From the NCBI GenBank assembly GCA_018969585.1, contig JAGWYB010000001.1:4821-68820 (forward strand): 64,000 nt of DNA, read 5' to 3'. A program made the position numbers and the translations under genes. Below are positions 9,761 through 20,543 of the stretch, piece after piece. The DNA comes from Actinomycetales bacterium. GTDB taxonomy: Bacteria > Actinomycetota > Actinomycetes > Nanopelagicales > Nanopelagicaceae. Under the pieces are notes generated by a model. That model saw only the letters and a list, made by a program, of their open reading frames with translations, did no database searches and was not told where the DNA came from. Each line of letters opens with the position of its first letter. Position 1 is the first letter of the stretch.

Positions 9761-10438
9761 TTAGACTTTCCCGGAGCGGGTTCCGAGTATTGAGCTACCA
9801 ATTCGAAGATGTGTCGTTCCAAATTCCAGGGCTTGCTTGTAATCACCACTCATTCCGGCGGAAATGTAGGTAGCGCTAGGCGCCATCTGCTGGAGCTTTT
9901 CAGAGAGTCTTGCCAACTTCTCAAAGCCGGGGCGAGGGTCTCTATTCAACGGGGCGATACCCATTAAACCTACGATTTCAATAGATTGGAGTGATTGGAT
10001 CTCTGATACATAATCCGGCATATCTTCGGCAGCAATACCACTTCGACCTTCGCCTCTCTCATTCTCATCGAGGTTTATCTGAAGGAATACTCTCTGAATT
10101 TTTCCGAGACTCTGTGAGATTTCATTTATCTTTTTGGCGTGCTTTAGATCCTCAAGCGAATGAATGAAGTCACTCCAACCAACTAGTGACCTAAGTTTCT
10201 TGCTTTGTACTCTCCCTTGAAAGTGCCAGATTGCATCTTCAGGCATCAATTCCGATTTTTCTCGACCCTCTTCATCTCGATTTTCGCCAAATTCGCGCTC
10301 TCCAAGTTTATAGAGAATTTCTACATCTGAGAGTGGAAAAGTTTTAGTAACCACTATCAAAGTTACCTTTGGCGGGATTTGAGATCTGACTTCGCTTAGA
10401 TTTACCGCTAGCTCTTCCTCTCGACTCATGACAGCCAA
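9761..10438 (-). CDS. yggS: YggS/YlmE family pyridoxal-phosphate homeostasis protein
   Basis: 225 aa with a VVTKTFP segment (PLP lysine context) and a C-terminal SAGMSGDY...HLRIGS motif. It occupies the dcw-distal position. Confidence 0.85.
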   Translation of the reverse strand: MAVMSREEELAVNLSEVRSQIPPKVTLIVVTKTFPLSDVEILYKLGEREFGENRDEEGREKSELMPEDAIWHFQGRVQSKKLRSLVGWSDFIHSLEDLKHAKKINEISQSLGKIQRVFLQINLDENERGEGRSGIAAEDMPDYVSEIQSLQSIEIVGLMGIAPLNRDPRPGFEKLARLSEKLQQMAPSATYISAGMSGDYKQALEFGTTHLRIGSSILGTRSGKV

Positions 10439-11112
10439 ATTACACCTGCTTGTCTGCCTGTTATGCCATCTCTTCTATAGGAGAAATATCCAGGAGTATG
10501 CGAAACGCATATATTTGAAGTGCGGTGGTTTACTCCCGCTCTAGTTAACTTTGCGCTGACTCCAGCTGATACGTCTACGCACCTTTTTGTTTCATCACTT
10601 CCTGCAGTGGGCTCTGAGGCGACAACACTCCGATAACTATCTAAATCAACTTGATAACAGCTCTTACAGATAGCTGGTCCAATTTCAGCTTGTAAATCAT
10701 TCATAGAGAAACCATGGCTCTTGAAAGTCTCAAGAGTCGCCTCCACTACTCCGGCTATCAAGCCACGTCTTCCAACGTGCACAGCAGCGATTGCCCTTTG
10801 ACTAAACAGAAGAAGCGGAGTGCAGTCCGCAACTAATGTGACTAAGGCGATATTGCGAAGTTCTGTATAAAGCCCATCCGCAACAACTGGATTACCGGGA
10901 TCTGAATTATGATCAATAACTGCTATTTGGTTCCCGTGAACTTGATTCATATAGAAAATCTTTTCTGGGGATAATCCGATTTCATTAGCTAATTTTTTTC
11001 TATTTGCTTTAACTGAAACTTCGCTATCTCCTACATGGAGCGCAAGATTCTTCGATTCAAATGGGCCAATACTTGCCCCACCGAGACGATTGGTGAAGAG
11101 CGTCCTCGCCAT
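10426..11112 (-). CDS. pgeF: PgeF/YfiH (YlmD) family purine nucleoside phosphorylase / peptidoglycan editing factor
   Basis: 228 aa with the conserved NQVHG, VADCTPLL and AVHVGRRG motifs. It lies immediately downstream of ftsZ. Confidence 0.85.
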   Translation of the reverse strand: MARTLFTNRLGGASIGPFESKNLALHVGDSEVSVKANRKKLANEIGLSPEKIFYMNQVHGNQIAVIDHNSDPGNPVVADGLYTELRNIALVTLVADCTPLLLFSQRAIAAVHVGRRGLIAGVVEATLETFKSHGFSMNDLQAEIGPAICKSCYQVDLDSYRSVVASEPTAGSDETKRCVDVSAGVSAKLTRAGVNHRTSNICVSHTPGYFSYRRDGITGRQAGVIWLS

Positions 11113-11114
11113 TC

Positions 11115-12242
11115 CTACTTCATGAAATCTGGAACGTCGATATCGTCTTCGGCTACCAATTCTTCAAAAGTTATTCGACGTCTGGTTGTCTCAGGCACAT
11201 CCATAGCAACAGAGATCGGGTCATTTGACGGTATCGGATCGGCCTGTCCATTTAGGGAGGCAGAATTAAGAACTGGGACTGAAACGCGCTTCGGTACGCC
11301 ACCTTCGAAACCTGCGGCAATTACCGTGACTCGTACTTCATCTCCCAGCGAATCATCGATAACAGTTCCGAAAATTATGTTGGCATCTGGATGGGCGTAC
11401 TTGGCCACTAACTCTGCTGCTTCGCTGATCTCAAAGAGCCCTAAGTCAGAGCCACCGGCGATCGAAAGTAACACTCCGTGCGCACCCTCAATTGATGCCT
11501 CCAATAACGGTGAAGAGATTGCCAATTCAGCAGCTCTAGTTGCTCGTGCTTCTCCTCGCGCTGAACCAATTCCCATGAGCGCTGAACCTGCACCATCCAT
11601 AACGCTTTTCACATCAGCAAAATCTAAATTGATTAGACCAGGAGTTGTTATCAAATCAGTTATGCCTTGAACTCCCGAGAGTAGAACTTGGTCAGCAGTT
11701 CTAAACGCTTCGGGTGCAGAGATAGATCTATCTGAAATAGATAGAAGACGATCATTTGGAATTACGATTAAAGTATCAACTTCTTCTCGTAGTTCTTCAA
11801 TGCCAATTTCTGCTTGTGCAGTTCTACGCTTACCTTCAAAACTAAATGGCTTTGTAACAACACCAACAGTTAGCGCTCCAACGTTCTTCGCAATTCTTGC
11901 AACAATCGGGGCGCCTCCAGTTCCGGTTCCGCCTCCTTCGCCAGCGGTAACAAAAACCATATCTGAGCCACGAAGCACTTCCTCAATTTCTTCTGTGTGA
12001 TCAATCGCGGCTTGCTTTCCAATTTCAGGGTTTGCGCCAGCGCCAAGGCCGCGCGTTAATTTTCTGCCGATATCTAATTTGACATCAGCATCACTCATTA
12101 AAAGAGCTTGTGCATCGGTGTTTATTGCAATGAATTCAACGCCTTTTAAACCAGCATCGATCATTCGATTAACAGCGTTAACGCCGCCACCGCCAATGCC
12201 GACGACTTTAATTACCGCCAAATAATTTTGTGGTGTCGCCAT
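11115..12242 (-). CDS. ftsZ: Cell division GTPase FtsZ
   Basis: 375 aa with the tubulin signature [13 protein letters not shown] and the conserved C-terminal peptide [10 protein letters not shown]. Confidence 0.97.
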   Translation of the reverse strand: MATPQNYLAVIKVVGIGGGGVNAVNRMIDAGLKGVEFIAINTDAQALLMSDADVKLDIGRKLTRGLGAGANPEIGKQAAIDHTEEIEEVLRGSDMVFVTAGEGGGTGTGGAPIVARIAKNVGALTVGVVTKPFSFEGKRRTAQAEIGIEELREEVDTLIVIPNDRLLSISDRSISAPEAFRTADQVLLSGVQGITDLITTPGLINLDFADVKSVMDGAGSALMGIGSARGEARATRAAELAISSPLLEASIEGAHGVLLSIAGGSDLGLFEISEAAELVAKYAHPDANIIFGTVIDDSLGDEVRVTVIAAGFEGGVPKRVSVPVLNSASLNGQADPIPSNDPISVAMDVPETTRRRITFEELVAEDDIDVPDFMK

Positions 12243-12371
12243 TTCTGCCTCTCTCCGACCCTAATTCTCAACTTTAGAGTTAGGGTTCCTATTTATAGTG
12301 CGCGCAAAAGTAGGCGGGCAAGGGTTAGGTATCAAACACCGACACGATAAATCTATAAGTAAAAAATGACT

Positions 12372-13082
12372 CTAAATTGCAATTGGCGAAAGTGGATTTG
12401 AAAGGTCAAAACTTTTGGCACTGCGATTCTCTTTCAACTCCAACAATCTATTTAATACTTCAAGCTTTAGATCTAGCTCTTTGACATTCCCCCAATAAAC
12501 CTCCAACCGTCGACTATCTAGGATGAGAGTTGAGGAGATATTCCCCCCGTTAGGGGCATTGATTCCAAGAATGGTCCACTCATTCAATTTGGCGACTAAA
12601 TCCCGGAGCGAACCCTTCAATTGATCGTCCTCGCTGCCCATGTTGATCTCGGGAAGTCCGGAGCCTTTCTTCAGTAATTCACTGACCTCAAGAAAGTTCG
12701 CCTCATCTTGATTGACGTAAATGACTGATAAGTCCTCAGCGAGAAATGGAATCTGGCCCGGCGCAGCGGTCCAGCTCGAATTCAATCTAGCCATAACAAC
12801 CTCGGGCTCAATTGCCAAAGTGACTTTTCCTGTAACAAAGTTCCGAGACAGGTCGACTTGGCTTGCCCAGGTCAGATTTCTCAATTTTCCATTTAGCTCG
12901 CGTCTATCAATTCGTGCTATTGGCTTGCCGACTTGCGAAGCTAAATCGAGCGTTTTTTCAATAACAGTCTTTCTATCTGGATTTTCATCAACGACTTCGA
13001 AACTCTTTACAGCAAATACATTTGTCCAACCCAGCACGTAAGCGAGGGCCGCAAATAACAGAGTGACAAGAATTCTTTTCAA
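12372..13082 (-). CDS. ftsQ: Cell division protein FtsQ (POTRA domain)
   Basis: 236 aa with a single N-terminal TM helix followed by a POTRA-like region. It lies between murC and ftsZ. Confidence 0.8.
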   Translation of the reverse strand: MKRILVTLLFAALAYVLGWTNVFAVKSFEVVDENPDRKTVIEKTLDLASQVGKPIARIDRRELNGKLRNLTWASQVDLSRNFVTGKVTLAIEPEVVMARLNSSWTAAPGQIPFLAEDLSVIYVNQDEANFLEVSELLKKGSGLPEINMGSEDDQLKGSLRDLVAKLNEWTILGINAPNGGNISSTLILDSRRLEVYWGNVKELDLKLEVLNRLLELKENRSAKSFDLSNPLSPIAI

Positions 13083-13083
13083 G

Positions 13084-14472
13084 TTATTGTCTCTGTAAAT
13101 TCTCTAGAATTAACGGAGCAAGTGCGGTCACATCCCCCGCCCCTAGCGTCAGGACTAAATCTCCTGGCTTGGCTTTATTGACAACTTGAGAAATCACATC
13201 GGGCATTGATGGTTCATAGGTAACGCTGCCGGGATCCATCCGGTGGGCTATTACAGCTGATGTTATTCCGGGAATTGGACTCTCATCAGCAGGATAAATC
13301 TCCAAAAGATAAGTGTGATCTGCTGCTGCCAATTCTCTTGCAAATTCTTCAGCAAACGCTTTCGTTCTAGAAAATCTATGCGGCTGAAAAACTGTTAATA
13401 CCTTGCCCGCGCCCGCAAAAGATCGAGCAGTTTCGATAGTGGCCTTGATCTCTGTTGGATGATGACCGTAATCATCTATAACTGTGACGCCATTTACTAC
13501 TCCGCGAATCTCAAATCTGCGTCGGGCGCCGCTAAATGAAGCTATGCCCTCAAGCAATTTATTTACCGGTGCGCCCAATTCAATGCCTGCCGCTATGGAA
13601 GCCGCTGCGTTTAAAAGATTATGTCGACCCGGTATAGCCAACTTCATCTCGCCTAAAACTCGACCGTTAAACGTTAGGCGCGCCATAGCACTTGTGGGAG
13701 CTAGATGAATTCGATCCAACAAAAGGTTTGGGTCTCCCTCGGTACCGTAGGTTATTACCTTTAAATTTGAATCAGAGATTTTTTCAATTAATCGCTTGGC
13801 GCCCGAGTCATCGCTACAAATCACTAAAAAGTCTTTGATAGTTCGACTGAATTCCGAAAACAGATTATCGATTTGGTCAAGATTTTCGAAGTTATCGACG
13901 TGGTCTAACTCGATATTTGTTATCACGGCGCCAGAGGGTCGATAGCTTGTGAAAGAACCATCCGATTCGTCGGCCTCGACCACGAAAATTTCACCGCTTC
14001 CATGATGAGCATTGGTGCCTGAATTTCTAATTGAGGCGCCAATTGCGAATGAGGGATCTAGTCCGCTGCGTTGTAAAGCAACGGTCAACATCGAGGTCGT
14101 TGTAGTTTTTCCATGGGTCCCCGCGACTGCAACGGATCTTTTGCCAATCAGAAGAGCAGCGAGAGCTTCCGCGCGACCAATAACTGGGATACCCAATTGA
14201 TTTGCAGCAATAATCTCCGGGTTTGAAGTGGGAATCGCACTGGAGCGAATTACAATCTCCGCTCCCTCTATGTTTGCAGGGTCATGTCCAATCTGAATTT
14301 TGAAGTCTAATGCGCGCAAACTATCTAACGTTGTGGAATCATGAAGATCGCTTCCAGATATTCTTGCCCCGCGAGCAGCCATCACTCGAGCAATCCCGCT
14401 CATTCCGGATCCACCAATGCCTACAAAATGAATTGAGATATCAGGAAGCCTTTTTGCCCAACTATTAGTCAT
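13084..14472 (-). CDS. murC: UDP-N-acetylmuramate--L-alanine ligase
   Basis: 462 aa with GIGGSGMSGIA and GTHGKTTTT motifs, in dcw order. Confidence 0.95.
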   Translation of the reverse strand: MTNSWAKRLPDISIHFVGIGGSGMSGIARVMAARGARISGSDLHDSTTLDSLRALDFKIQIGHDPANIEGAEIVIRSSAIPTSNPEIIAANQLGIPVIGRAEALAALLIGKRSVAVAGTHGKTTTTSMLTVALQRSGLDPSFAIGASIRNSGTNAHHGSGEIFVVEADESDGSFTSYRPSGAVITNIELDHVDNFENLDQIDNLFSEFSRTIKDFLVICSDDSGAKRLIEKISDSNLKVITYGTEGDPNLLLDRIHLAPTSAMARLTFNGRVLGEMKLAIPGRHNLLNAAASIAAGIELGAPVNKLLEGIASFSGARRRFEIRGVVNGVTVIDDYGHHPTEIKATIETARSFAGAGKVLTVFQPHRFSRTKAFAEEFARELAAADHTYLLEIYPADESPIPGITSAVIAHRMDPGSVTYEPSMPDVISQVVNKAKPGDLVLTLGAGDVTALAPLILENLQRQ

Positions 14473-15553
14473 GGGTTTTCTCTCGACTTTTTTCTTCGAT
14501 TAATACTTCTATGAGTCTAGCGATTTCTGAGGCGGCTCTGATATTTCTTCTCGTAGTTGAAAGCTTTTCGTGTTTTCTTGCGATGATTCCGGGAAGATTT
14601 TGGCGGAGCCAATCACCATTGAATGCTTCATCTGAAACAAGTACCGCATTTCCAGAATCAACAAGCTCCGAGGCGTTTTCAGCTTGTTCGCCATTTCCGT
14701 GTGGCAACGGGACCAAAATCGCAAATTTACCAACGGTAAGAAGTTCGGCGCATGTAACGGCACCACTGCGAGTGATTAGATAATCTGAAACATCATAAAT
14801 TGCGGGCATATCTTCAAAATAAGGCAGTGGAAAATAGTCGCTTTTGCGCTCTGGAAGCGGATTGTTTGGGCCAACCGCATGAATAATCTGGAGCCCTGTA
14901 ACACTTGGATTTTTAATGTAGTCGGAGATTGCGGAATTTATTCGACTCGAACCTTGTGAACCTCCAAAAACCGCAACAATCGGGCGACTGGGATCTAGTC
15001 CAAAACTATTTGCTCGCTCATTGCGCTTTATTGCTCCGCTCTCGGCGAGTTCGGAAATCCCAGTTCTAATCGGAATGCCAGTCAAAATTGACTCGGGCCA
15101 AATTGTCTTAACTCTAGAGAAATTAACCGCTACAACATCGGCAAACTTTCTACCTAATCGATTTGCCCATCCTGGTTTCGCATTTGCTTCGTGCACCACA
15201 ATTGGGATTGATTTCGACCAAGCAGCAAGATATGCCGCAGCACTAACGTAACCGCCGAATCCAATTACAGCATCAGTTTGCGCGAGTGCGCGTCTGGCTT
15301 GTTGAATCGCACTGATGAATTTAATTGGAAATAAAACCGATTCGATTGAAAATCTTCGTGGCAGCGTAACTTTTGGAATCGTTATAAGCCGATAACCTCG
15401 AGCAGGAACTAGCTTTGCTTCAATTCCATTGGCAGTACCTAGAAACAAGCATTCCCATTGACCCGGCAATTTTGAGATTTCATCTGCTACCGCCAGCGCA
15501 GGTTCGACATGTCCCGCGGTGCCTCCGCCAGCAAAAAGAATTTGTCTTTTCAT
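14465..15553 (-). CDS. murG: Undecaprenyldiphospho-muramoylpentapeptide beta-N-acetylglucosaminyltransferase
   Basis: 362 aa with the N-terminal GGGTAGHVEPALA motif, in dcw order. Confidence 0.95.
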   Translation of the reverse strand: MKRQILFAGGGTAGHVEPALAVADEISKLPGQWECLFLGTANGIEAKLVPARGYRLITIPKVTLPRRFSIESVLFPIKFISAIQQARRALAQTDAVIGFGGYVSAAAYLAAWSKSIPIVVHEANAKPGWANRLGRKFADVVAVNFSRVKTIWPESILTGIPIRTGISELAESGAIKRNERANSFGLDPSRPIVAVFGGSQGSSRINSAISDYIKNPSVTGLQIIHAVGPNNPLPERKSDYFPLPYFEDMPAIYDVSDYLITRSGAVTCAELLTVGKFAILVPLPHGNGEQAENASELVDSGNAVLVSDEAFNGDWLRQNLPGIIARKHEKLSTTRRNIRAASEIARLIEVLIEEKSREKTHD

Positions 15554-16710
15554 TATTTTACTTTACGGTTTCTAATCTCTTCAATGATTGCAGGATCTCG
15601 CTTCATAACTCCTAACACGTACCCAATTGCAAGAAAGGTCGAAATCAATGAAGACCCGCCATACGAAATTAATGGAAGTGTCACGCCTACGACAGGCATC
15701 AGACTGATTACGCTTCCAATATTCATCACTACCTGAATTGCAATCCATGATCCGATTCCGACAAGAACATATTTATCAAAAGGTTTATTTGCTCGAATAG
15801 CTACTCTAAAGATGGCAAGAATTAGTAGCGCGTAGAGCGAAAGTACGGCCAGAGTGCCCAAAAGCCCGAGCTCTTCGCCAATCACAGAAAATATGAAATC
15901 AGTATGTGCTTCAGGCAAGCTTCCCCACTTCTGTTTTCCTGAACCTAGACCGGTTCCAAATGCACCACCAGAAGCCAATCCCATAATGCTGTGAGCTTGC
16001 TGCCAACCAGCGCTCTTATAGTTTTCTTCCGAAAATGGGTTTGAGAATGCGGCAAATCGATTTAATCTTGTTTGATTCGAGGCAATCAAGATGATTGCAC
16101 CGATAATCAATACCGATGAAAGTAAAAGTATTCTTTTAATTGAAATCCCGGCAACAAAGAGAACTGATAGAAAAATACCACCTACGACTAAGGCAGTTCC
16201 CAGGTCTTTACCTACGAGAATCAGAGCCATGACAATTGCCATGCCTGGGAGAAGTTTTGGTAGTGGATTCACTGATTCTTGAAGATTACGCATCATCAAC
16301 GCGCACCAGAGAATCATGGCAAATTTCGCAAATTCACTAGGTTGAAGTGAGAATCCTCCGAATCCAATCCAGTTGGTATTGCCTCCGACACTTCTTCCAA
16401 TTCCAGGAACTTGAGGTAGAAGCAAGAAGAAAATGGAAGCAATGAGCGCTAATCGAGCCTGTGGTACCCAAAGTCGTTCCTTTAAATTCATCGCAAGCCA
16501 AGCCAGAAAAATTGATATTCCGAGATACACAACTTGGCGAATCGCAATAGCAAAAGAATTTCCTGACTCGTTCATTGCTCTCACAGAAGATGCGCTTAAC
16601 ACCATTACCACGCCAAATACTGAGAGAATTGAGACAGTCCCAAGAATTAGGTAGTAAGCAGATGCTGGTGTTGAAAAGAGAGATTTTGTTGTTCCACTTC
16701 TATTAGACAT
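15553..16710 (-). CDS. ftsW: SEDS-family peptidoglycan glycosyltransferase FtsW
   Basis: 385 aa polytopic protein with a C-terminal PLISYGGSS motif, in dcw order. Confidence 0.9.
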   Translation of the reverse strand: MSNRSGTTKSLFSTPASAYYLILGTVSILSVFGVVMVLSASSVRAMNESGNSFAIAIRQVVYLGISIFLAWLAMNLKERLWVPQARLALIASIFFLLLPQVPGIGRSVGGNTNWIGFGGFSLQPSEFAKFAMILWCALMMRNLQESVNPLPKLLPGMAIVMALILVGKDLGTALVVGGIFLSVLFVAGISIKRILLLSSVLIIGAIILIASNQTRLNRFAAFSNPFSEENYKSAGWQQAHSIMGLASGGAFGTGLGSGKQKWGSLPEAHTDFIFSVIGEELGLLGTLAVLSLYALLILAIFRVAIRANKPFDKYVLVGIGSWIAIQVVMNIGSVISLMPVVGVTLPLISYGGSSLISTFLAIGYVLGVMKRDPAIIEEIRNRKVK

Positions 16711-18064
16711 AAAGCGCCTCTTTAACTGCGGATGCGAAGCATTGGCCTCGATCTGCGTAATCCTTAAATTGATCCATCGATGCGCAAGCCGGCGCTAATA
16801 AAACTGTGTCCCCTGAAGCTGTCTGATGTTTTGCTACGCGAACTACTTCTCTCATAAGTTCCATTCCAGTTTTCCCGAGATTTATGGTCTCGAAGGGAAC
16901 GTTGGGAGCGTATTTCTGTAGCGCTGCCGCGATGAGAGGGGCATCTGTTCCAATCAGGATGGCGCTCTTGATGCGGCTAGAAGTCGATTTAATTAAATCA
17001 TCCATATCCGCACCTTTAGCAAGACCACCAGCAATCCAAATCGCTCTCTCTTGAGAAAATAAAGCAGCTTTAGCCGCGTGCGGATTGGTGGCTTTTGAAT
17101 CATCAATCCACTTAACTCCATCTTTTTCGACTACAACTTCCAATCTATGGTGATCCAAATGAAATGTTTTAAGTGATGAGGAAATCGCCTCGTGCTTTAC
17201 ACCAACAGAAAGTGCAAGTCCGGAGGCGGCCATGGCATTGGCAACATTATGAGGTATTGCAGGTTTTACATCCTGTAACTCAAAGATTACTTCTGCATCA
17301 CCTTTGGCAAAAGCTCTATCAACAATAAGTTCTTCCACTAAACCAATTTGGCCCAGTGCTGGAGTGCCGAGAGTGTAAGTGACCACTTGCTTATGCAAAT
17401 TGTTCAATCCAGATTTCACTGTAGTATCGTCAAAGTTAGCGATGAAGGTTTCACACATGTTCGCTATTCGGAATTTAGCCTTGGCGTACTCAGCAAATGA
17501 ACCATGCCAGTCAATATGATCTTCTGCGATGTTTAGTAGCGCTGAGGCTTTAAAAGTCGCCTCATGGCTCCAGCTGAGTTGAAAAGACGAAAGTTCAAGT
17601 ATCAAATGGGAATACTCCGATCCGGCAACGTTCGCGATCGCAGTGTCGCCGACGTTGCCACATGCTTTTGCGTCAATTTCACTCGCTCTAAGCATTGCTT
17701 CAGCCATCTGGACTGTGGTGGTTTTCCCATTTGTTCCAGTTAGAGATAACCAGATTTGATTAGGCCTTACCTCATTTTTTACACGCCAGGCAAAATCAAT
17801 TTCGGATAGCACTTCAATTCCTGCTTCTCTAACCGAGCGCACAAGTGGATTATCGAGTCGCCAACCCGGGGAAACTATCGCCAATCTCTGTTCAGAGAGT
17901 GAAATTCTCTCCAAGCTTCGAATAGCAGATCCAACTTCCTCTCTCTCGTCTATAACCTGCACCTTAGATCCAGCGTCCTTTAAGAATTCCGTGGCTGCAG
18001 TGCCGGTAACTCCAGCGCCAAATACCAGTGTTTTACTTCCCTTTAGCGATTCTAAAAATTTCAT
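16703..18064 (-). CDS. murD: UDP-N-acetylmuramoylalanine--D-glutamate ligase
   Basis: It carries GAGVTGTAA and GTNGKTTT motifs. I place the start at the internal ATG 18064 (MKFLESLKG...), which forms an ATGA overlap with the mraY stop. The 22 extra residues of the longest ORF lie inside mraY. Confidence 0.9.
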   Translation of the reverse strand: MKFLESLKGSKTLVFGAGVTGTAATEFLKDAGSKVQVIDEREEVGSAIRSLERISLSEQRLAIVSPGWRLDNPLVRSVREAGIEVLSEIDFAWRVKNEVRPNQIWLSLTGTNGKTTTVQMAEAMLRASEIDAKACGNVGDTAIANVAGSEYSHLILELSSFQLSWSHEATFKASALLNIAEDHIDWHGSFAEYAKAKFRIANMCETFIANFDDTTVKSGLNNLHKQVVTYTLGTPALGQIGLVEELIVDRAFAKGDAEVIFELQDVKPAIPHNVANAMAASGLALSVGVKHEAISSSLKTFHLDHHRLEVVVEKDGVKWIDDSKATNPHAAKAALFSQERAIWIAGGLAKGADMDDLIKSTSSRIKSAILIGTDAPLIAAALQKYAPNVPFETINLGKTGMELMREVVRVAKHQTASGDTVLLAPACASMDQFKDYADRGQCFASAVKEALYV

Positions 18065-19116
18065 GCACCAACCCACTGGGCATAAAAGAGTCCGAGTCCA
18101 GCTGCTACGCAGATTCCAGCAATAATCCAAAATCTAATTACGATTGTTACTTCACCCCAGCCAAGAAGTTCAAAATGATGTTGTAGCGGAGCCATTTTGA
18201 AAACTCTCTTACCTCCAGAGATTTTAAAGTAGCCAGTTTGAATAATTACCGAGAGTGTGATGATGACAAATAGACCGCCTAGCGGTATCAAAAGTAATTC
18301 CGTTCTCAGTGTCATTGCTAGTCCTGCTAGCGCGCCTCCGAGAGCGAGCGCTCCGGTATCGCCCATAAAAATTCGGGCAGGTGATGCATTCCACCAGAGA
18401 AATCCTGCACACGCGCCTGCAAGAGCTGCAGCAACTACAGCCATATCGAGAGGATCTCTTGTTACGTAACAATTTGAGACTGCTATTTCACATCGTTGAC
18501 CAAATTTCCAGACGCCTATCAAGACAAACGCCAGGAATGACATGATGGCAGCGCCCGTTGCCAATCCATCTAATCCATCAGTGAGATTTACACCGTTACT
18601 TGCACTAAGAACTAAAATTATTGCCCAAACGATCACCAGAATTAGAGCCATCTTTATTCCAGTATCTCTTACCGTCGATAAATATAGAGAACGCGGAGTA
18701 TTTCCAGATTCATCAGGAAACTGAGTTGCCAAGTAGCCAAATACTCCCGCTACTAGAGCTTGACCAAGAAGTTTCTCTCGAGCCCTTAATCCCAATGATC
18801 TCTGCTTGAAAACTTTAAGCCAATCATCCAGGAATCCAATCGCACCTAGCGCTATGACAAGTCCAAAGACTAAAAGTGCTGAAGTAGATAACGGCACATC
18901 TGTAACCAGGTGCGAAATCAAATAGCCAAGAATCGCTGTCAGAATCAAAACCACTCCACCCATTGTGGGAGTGCCGTGCTTAATTAAATGGCTCTTTGGG
19001 CCATCTTCACGAATCTGCTGGCCAAAACCTTTACGCGTAAGCACTTTAATAAAAACAGGTGTCAAGAGAAAACTTAATAAGAAGGCAATTGCGCCCGCAA
19101 TTAGAATTCCTCTCAT
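18061..19116 (-). CDS. mraY: Phospho-N-acetylmuramoyl-pentapeptide transferase
   Basis: 351 aa polytopic protein with TPTMGG and NLTDGLDGLA motifs. Confidence 0.95.
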   Translation of the reverse strand: MRGILIAGAIAFLLSFLLTPVFIKVLTRKGFGQQIREDGPKSHLIKHGTPTMGGVVLILTAILGYLISHLVTDVPLSTSALLVFGLVIALGAIGFLDDWLKVFKQRSLGLRAREKLLGQALVAGVFGYLATQFPDESGNTPRSLYLSTVRDTGIKMALILVIVWAIILVLSASNGVNLTDGLDGLATGAAIMSFLAFVLIGVWKFGQRCEIAVSNCYVTRDPLDMAVVAAALAGACAGFLWWNASPARIFMGDTGALALGGALAGLAMTLRTELLLIPLGGLFVIITLSVIIQTGYFKISGGKRVFKMAPLQHHFELLGWGEVTIVIRFWIIAGICVAAGLGLFYAQWVGA

Positions 19117-20543
19117 TTATTCTCTCCCTTTTCGTGAATATTCCAGTTCCCAACGTCACCTGATACGGAACCATAGTGGCGCTTTTCGATAAATTCGAGA
19201 GCGGCATTAGCTAATTGATCAAGTTTTTCAGCCCGAGAGCCCTTTATCAGGACAACATCGCCGGGTTCTATTCTGGATAGAAATTCTGTCGCTGAATTCC
19301 AATCGGAAACAGAACTAACTTGCGTACTTTTACTGGATAAATTTTCAGTAAATGATGGATCACCAATGGCAACTAAATTATCTAAGTTCGCATTTACTGC
19401 AAACTCGCCTATCTCCTTATGTAGCTTATTAGATTCTGAGCCCAACTCATGCATCTTGCCTAAGAATGCCCATGATCGGCCACCACTTTCTTGGGAAAGT
19501 TGCCTAAGAGTTTCAATTGCCGCCTTACAACTCTCAGGATTAGAGTTGTATGAATCATTTATCAGAGTGATTTCATTGATTTTATGGAGTTCCATCCGCC
19601 ACTTACTCTGTGCAGTGTGCTGAGAAAGCCCTTCTGCAACAAGCCGAAGATCTATTCCTAAAGAAATTGCCGCAGCTGCAGCCGCAAGAGCATTTGCAAT
19701 TTGATGTTCGCCAAGAATTTGCAGCTCGACACGCTCTCGACCTTGTTGTGCAACCAGATCAAAAGATGCGTACCCGCCTTTAATCTCAATATCCGCTGCC
19801 CGAATATCGCAATTAGGTTTTTCGCCGAAATGGATAACATTGAGACTTAAACCAGAGGCAAGGTTCGGAGTAAATTCATCATACGTTCCCAAAATTGCCG
19901 TTGCGCCAACTCTTAGACCCCGAATTAATTCTCCTTTAGTGCGCGCAATGTTTTCACGAGAGCCAAATTCACCTAGGTGAGCAAGGCCAACCTTTAGAAC
20001 GATGCCAACATCGGGCTGCGCTATCTGAGTTAGACGAGCGATATCTCCTTGATGACGAGCTCCCATCTCCAAAATGCAATAACGAGTTCTCGCATCTGCT
20101 CTTAGTAATGTAATTGGTACTCCGATCTCGTTGTTATACGAGCCAGGCGGGGCAATAGTCTCGCCGGATAGCGCGAGCACAGAGCGAAGTAAATCTTTTG
20201 TAGTTGTCTTTCCTTGTGATCCAGTTATCCCAATTACTTTGAGATCCTTGAGGGTTTCTCTCAAATAATTAGCAAGCTTAGAAATTGCCACTAAAACGTC
20301 TGGAACTAATATGTGGTCTCCCACGACTTCTTTAGAAGTTATCGACAGTATGGCGCCATGATTAATGGCATCCGAAACAAAGTCATGACCATCCTTAAAC
20401 TCACCTATCAGAGCTATGAAAACGTCACCTTTTTGAATCTCACGTGAATCAAACTCAAATTTTCCAGATATTAAAGTTTCAGGATTCCCAACCAGTTTTC
20501 CCTCAATAATTTTGGCAACGTCACCGGCCTTCATAGCAATCAT
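19113..20543 (-). CDS. murF: UDP-MurNAc-tripeptide--D-alanyl-D-alanine ligase
   Basis: 476 aa with the GSQGKTTTKD P-loop, in dcw order. Confidence 0.92.
   Translation of the reverse strand: MIAMKAGDVAKIIEGKLVGNPETLISGKFEFDSREIQKGDVFIALIGEFKDGHDFVSDAINHGAILSITSKEVVGDHILVPDVLVAISKLANYLRETLKDLKVIGITGSQGKTTTKDLLRSVLALSGETIAPPGSYNNEIGVPITLLRADARTRYCILEMGARHQGDIARLTQIAQPDVGIVLKVGLAHLGEFGSRENIARTKGELIRGLRVGATAILGTYDEFTPNLASGLSLNVIHFGEKPNCDIRAADIEIKGGYASFDLVAQQGRERVELQILGEHQIANALAAAAAAISLGIDLRLVAEGLSQHTAQSKWRMELHKINEITLINDSYNSNPESCKAAIETLRQLSQESGGRSWAFLGKMHELGSESNKLHKEIGEFAVNANLDNLVAIGDPSFTENLSSKSTQVSSVSDWNSATEFLSRIEPGDVVLIKGSRAEKLDQLANAALEFIEKRHYGSVSGDVGNWNIHEKGENK

Noticed and set aside
11035-11670. 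A 211-aa plus-strand ORF. The same judgement applies to the other long antisense ORFs: 12721..13041, 33495..33818, 35830..36255, 37719..38153, 45394..45732, 49893..50258, 51611..52036 and 56344..56781.
   Set aside because: Each is fully embedded opposite a confidently identified conserved gene (ftsZ/pgeF, ftsQ, the CrtA-like gene, GT2/CrtD-like, the CDP-alcohol transferase, the kinase, aroG, pfk and EamA). Each has low-complexity Ser/Pro/Ala/Arg-rich sequence and no recognisable motif.
12259-12285. An inverted repeat (CCCTAATTCT...AGAGTTAGGG) 17 nt upstream of the ftsZ start.
   Set aside because: On the transcribed minus strand the T-G wobble becomes an A-C mismatch. That leaves only 6+3 bp, with no U-tract, which is too weak to call a regulatory hairpin.
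18224-18472. An 82-aa Cys/Arg-rich minus-strand ORF and a 70-aa plus-strand ORF within mraY.
   Set aside because: They are out-of-frame and antisense overlaps of the well-supported mraY gene, and their composition is typical of frame-shifted reading.
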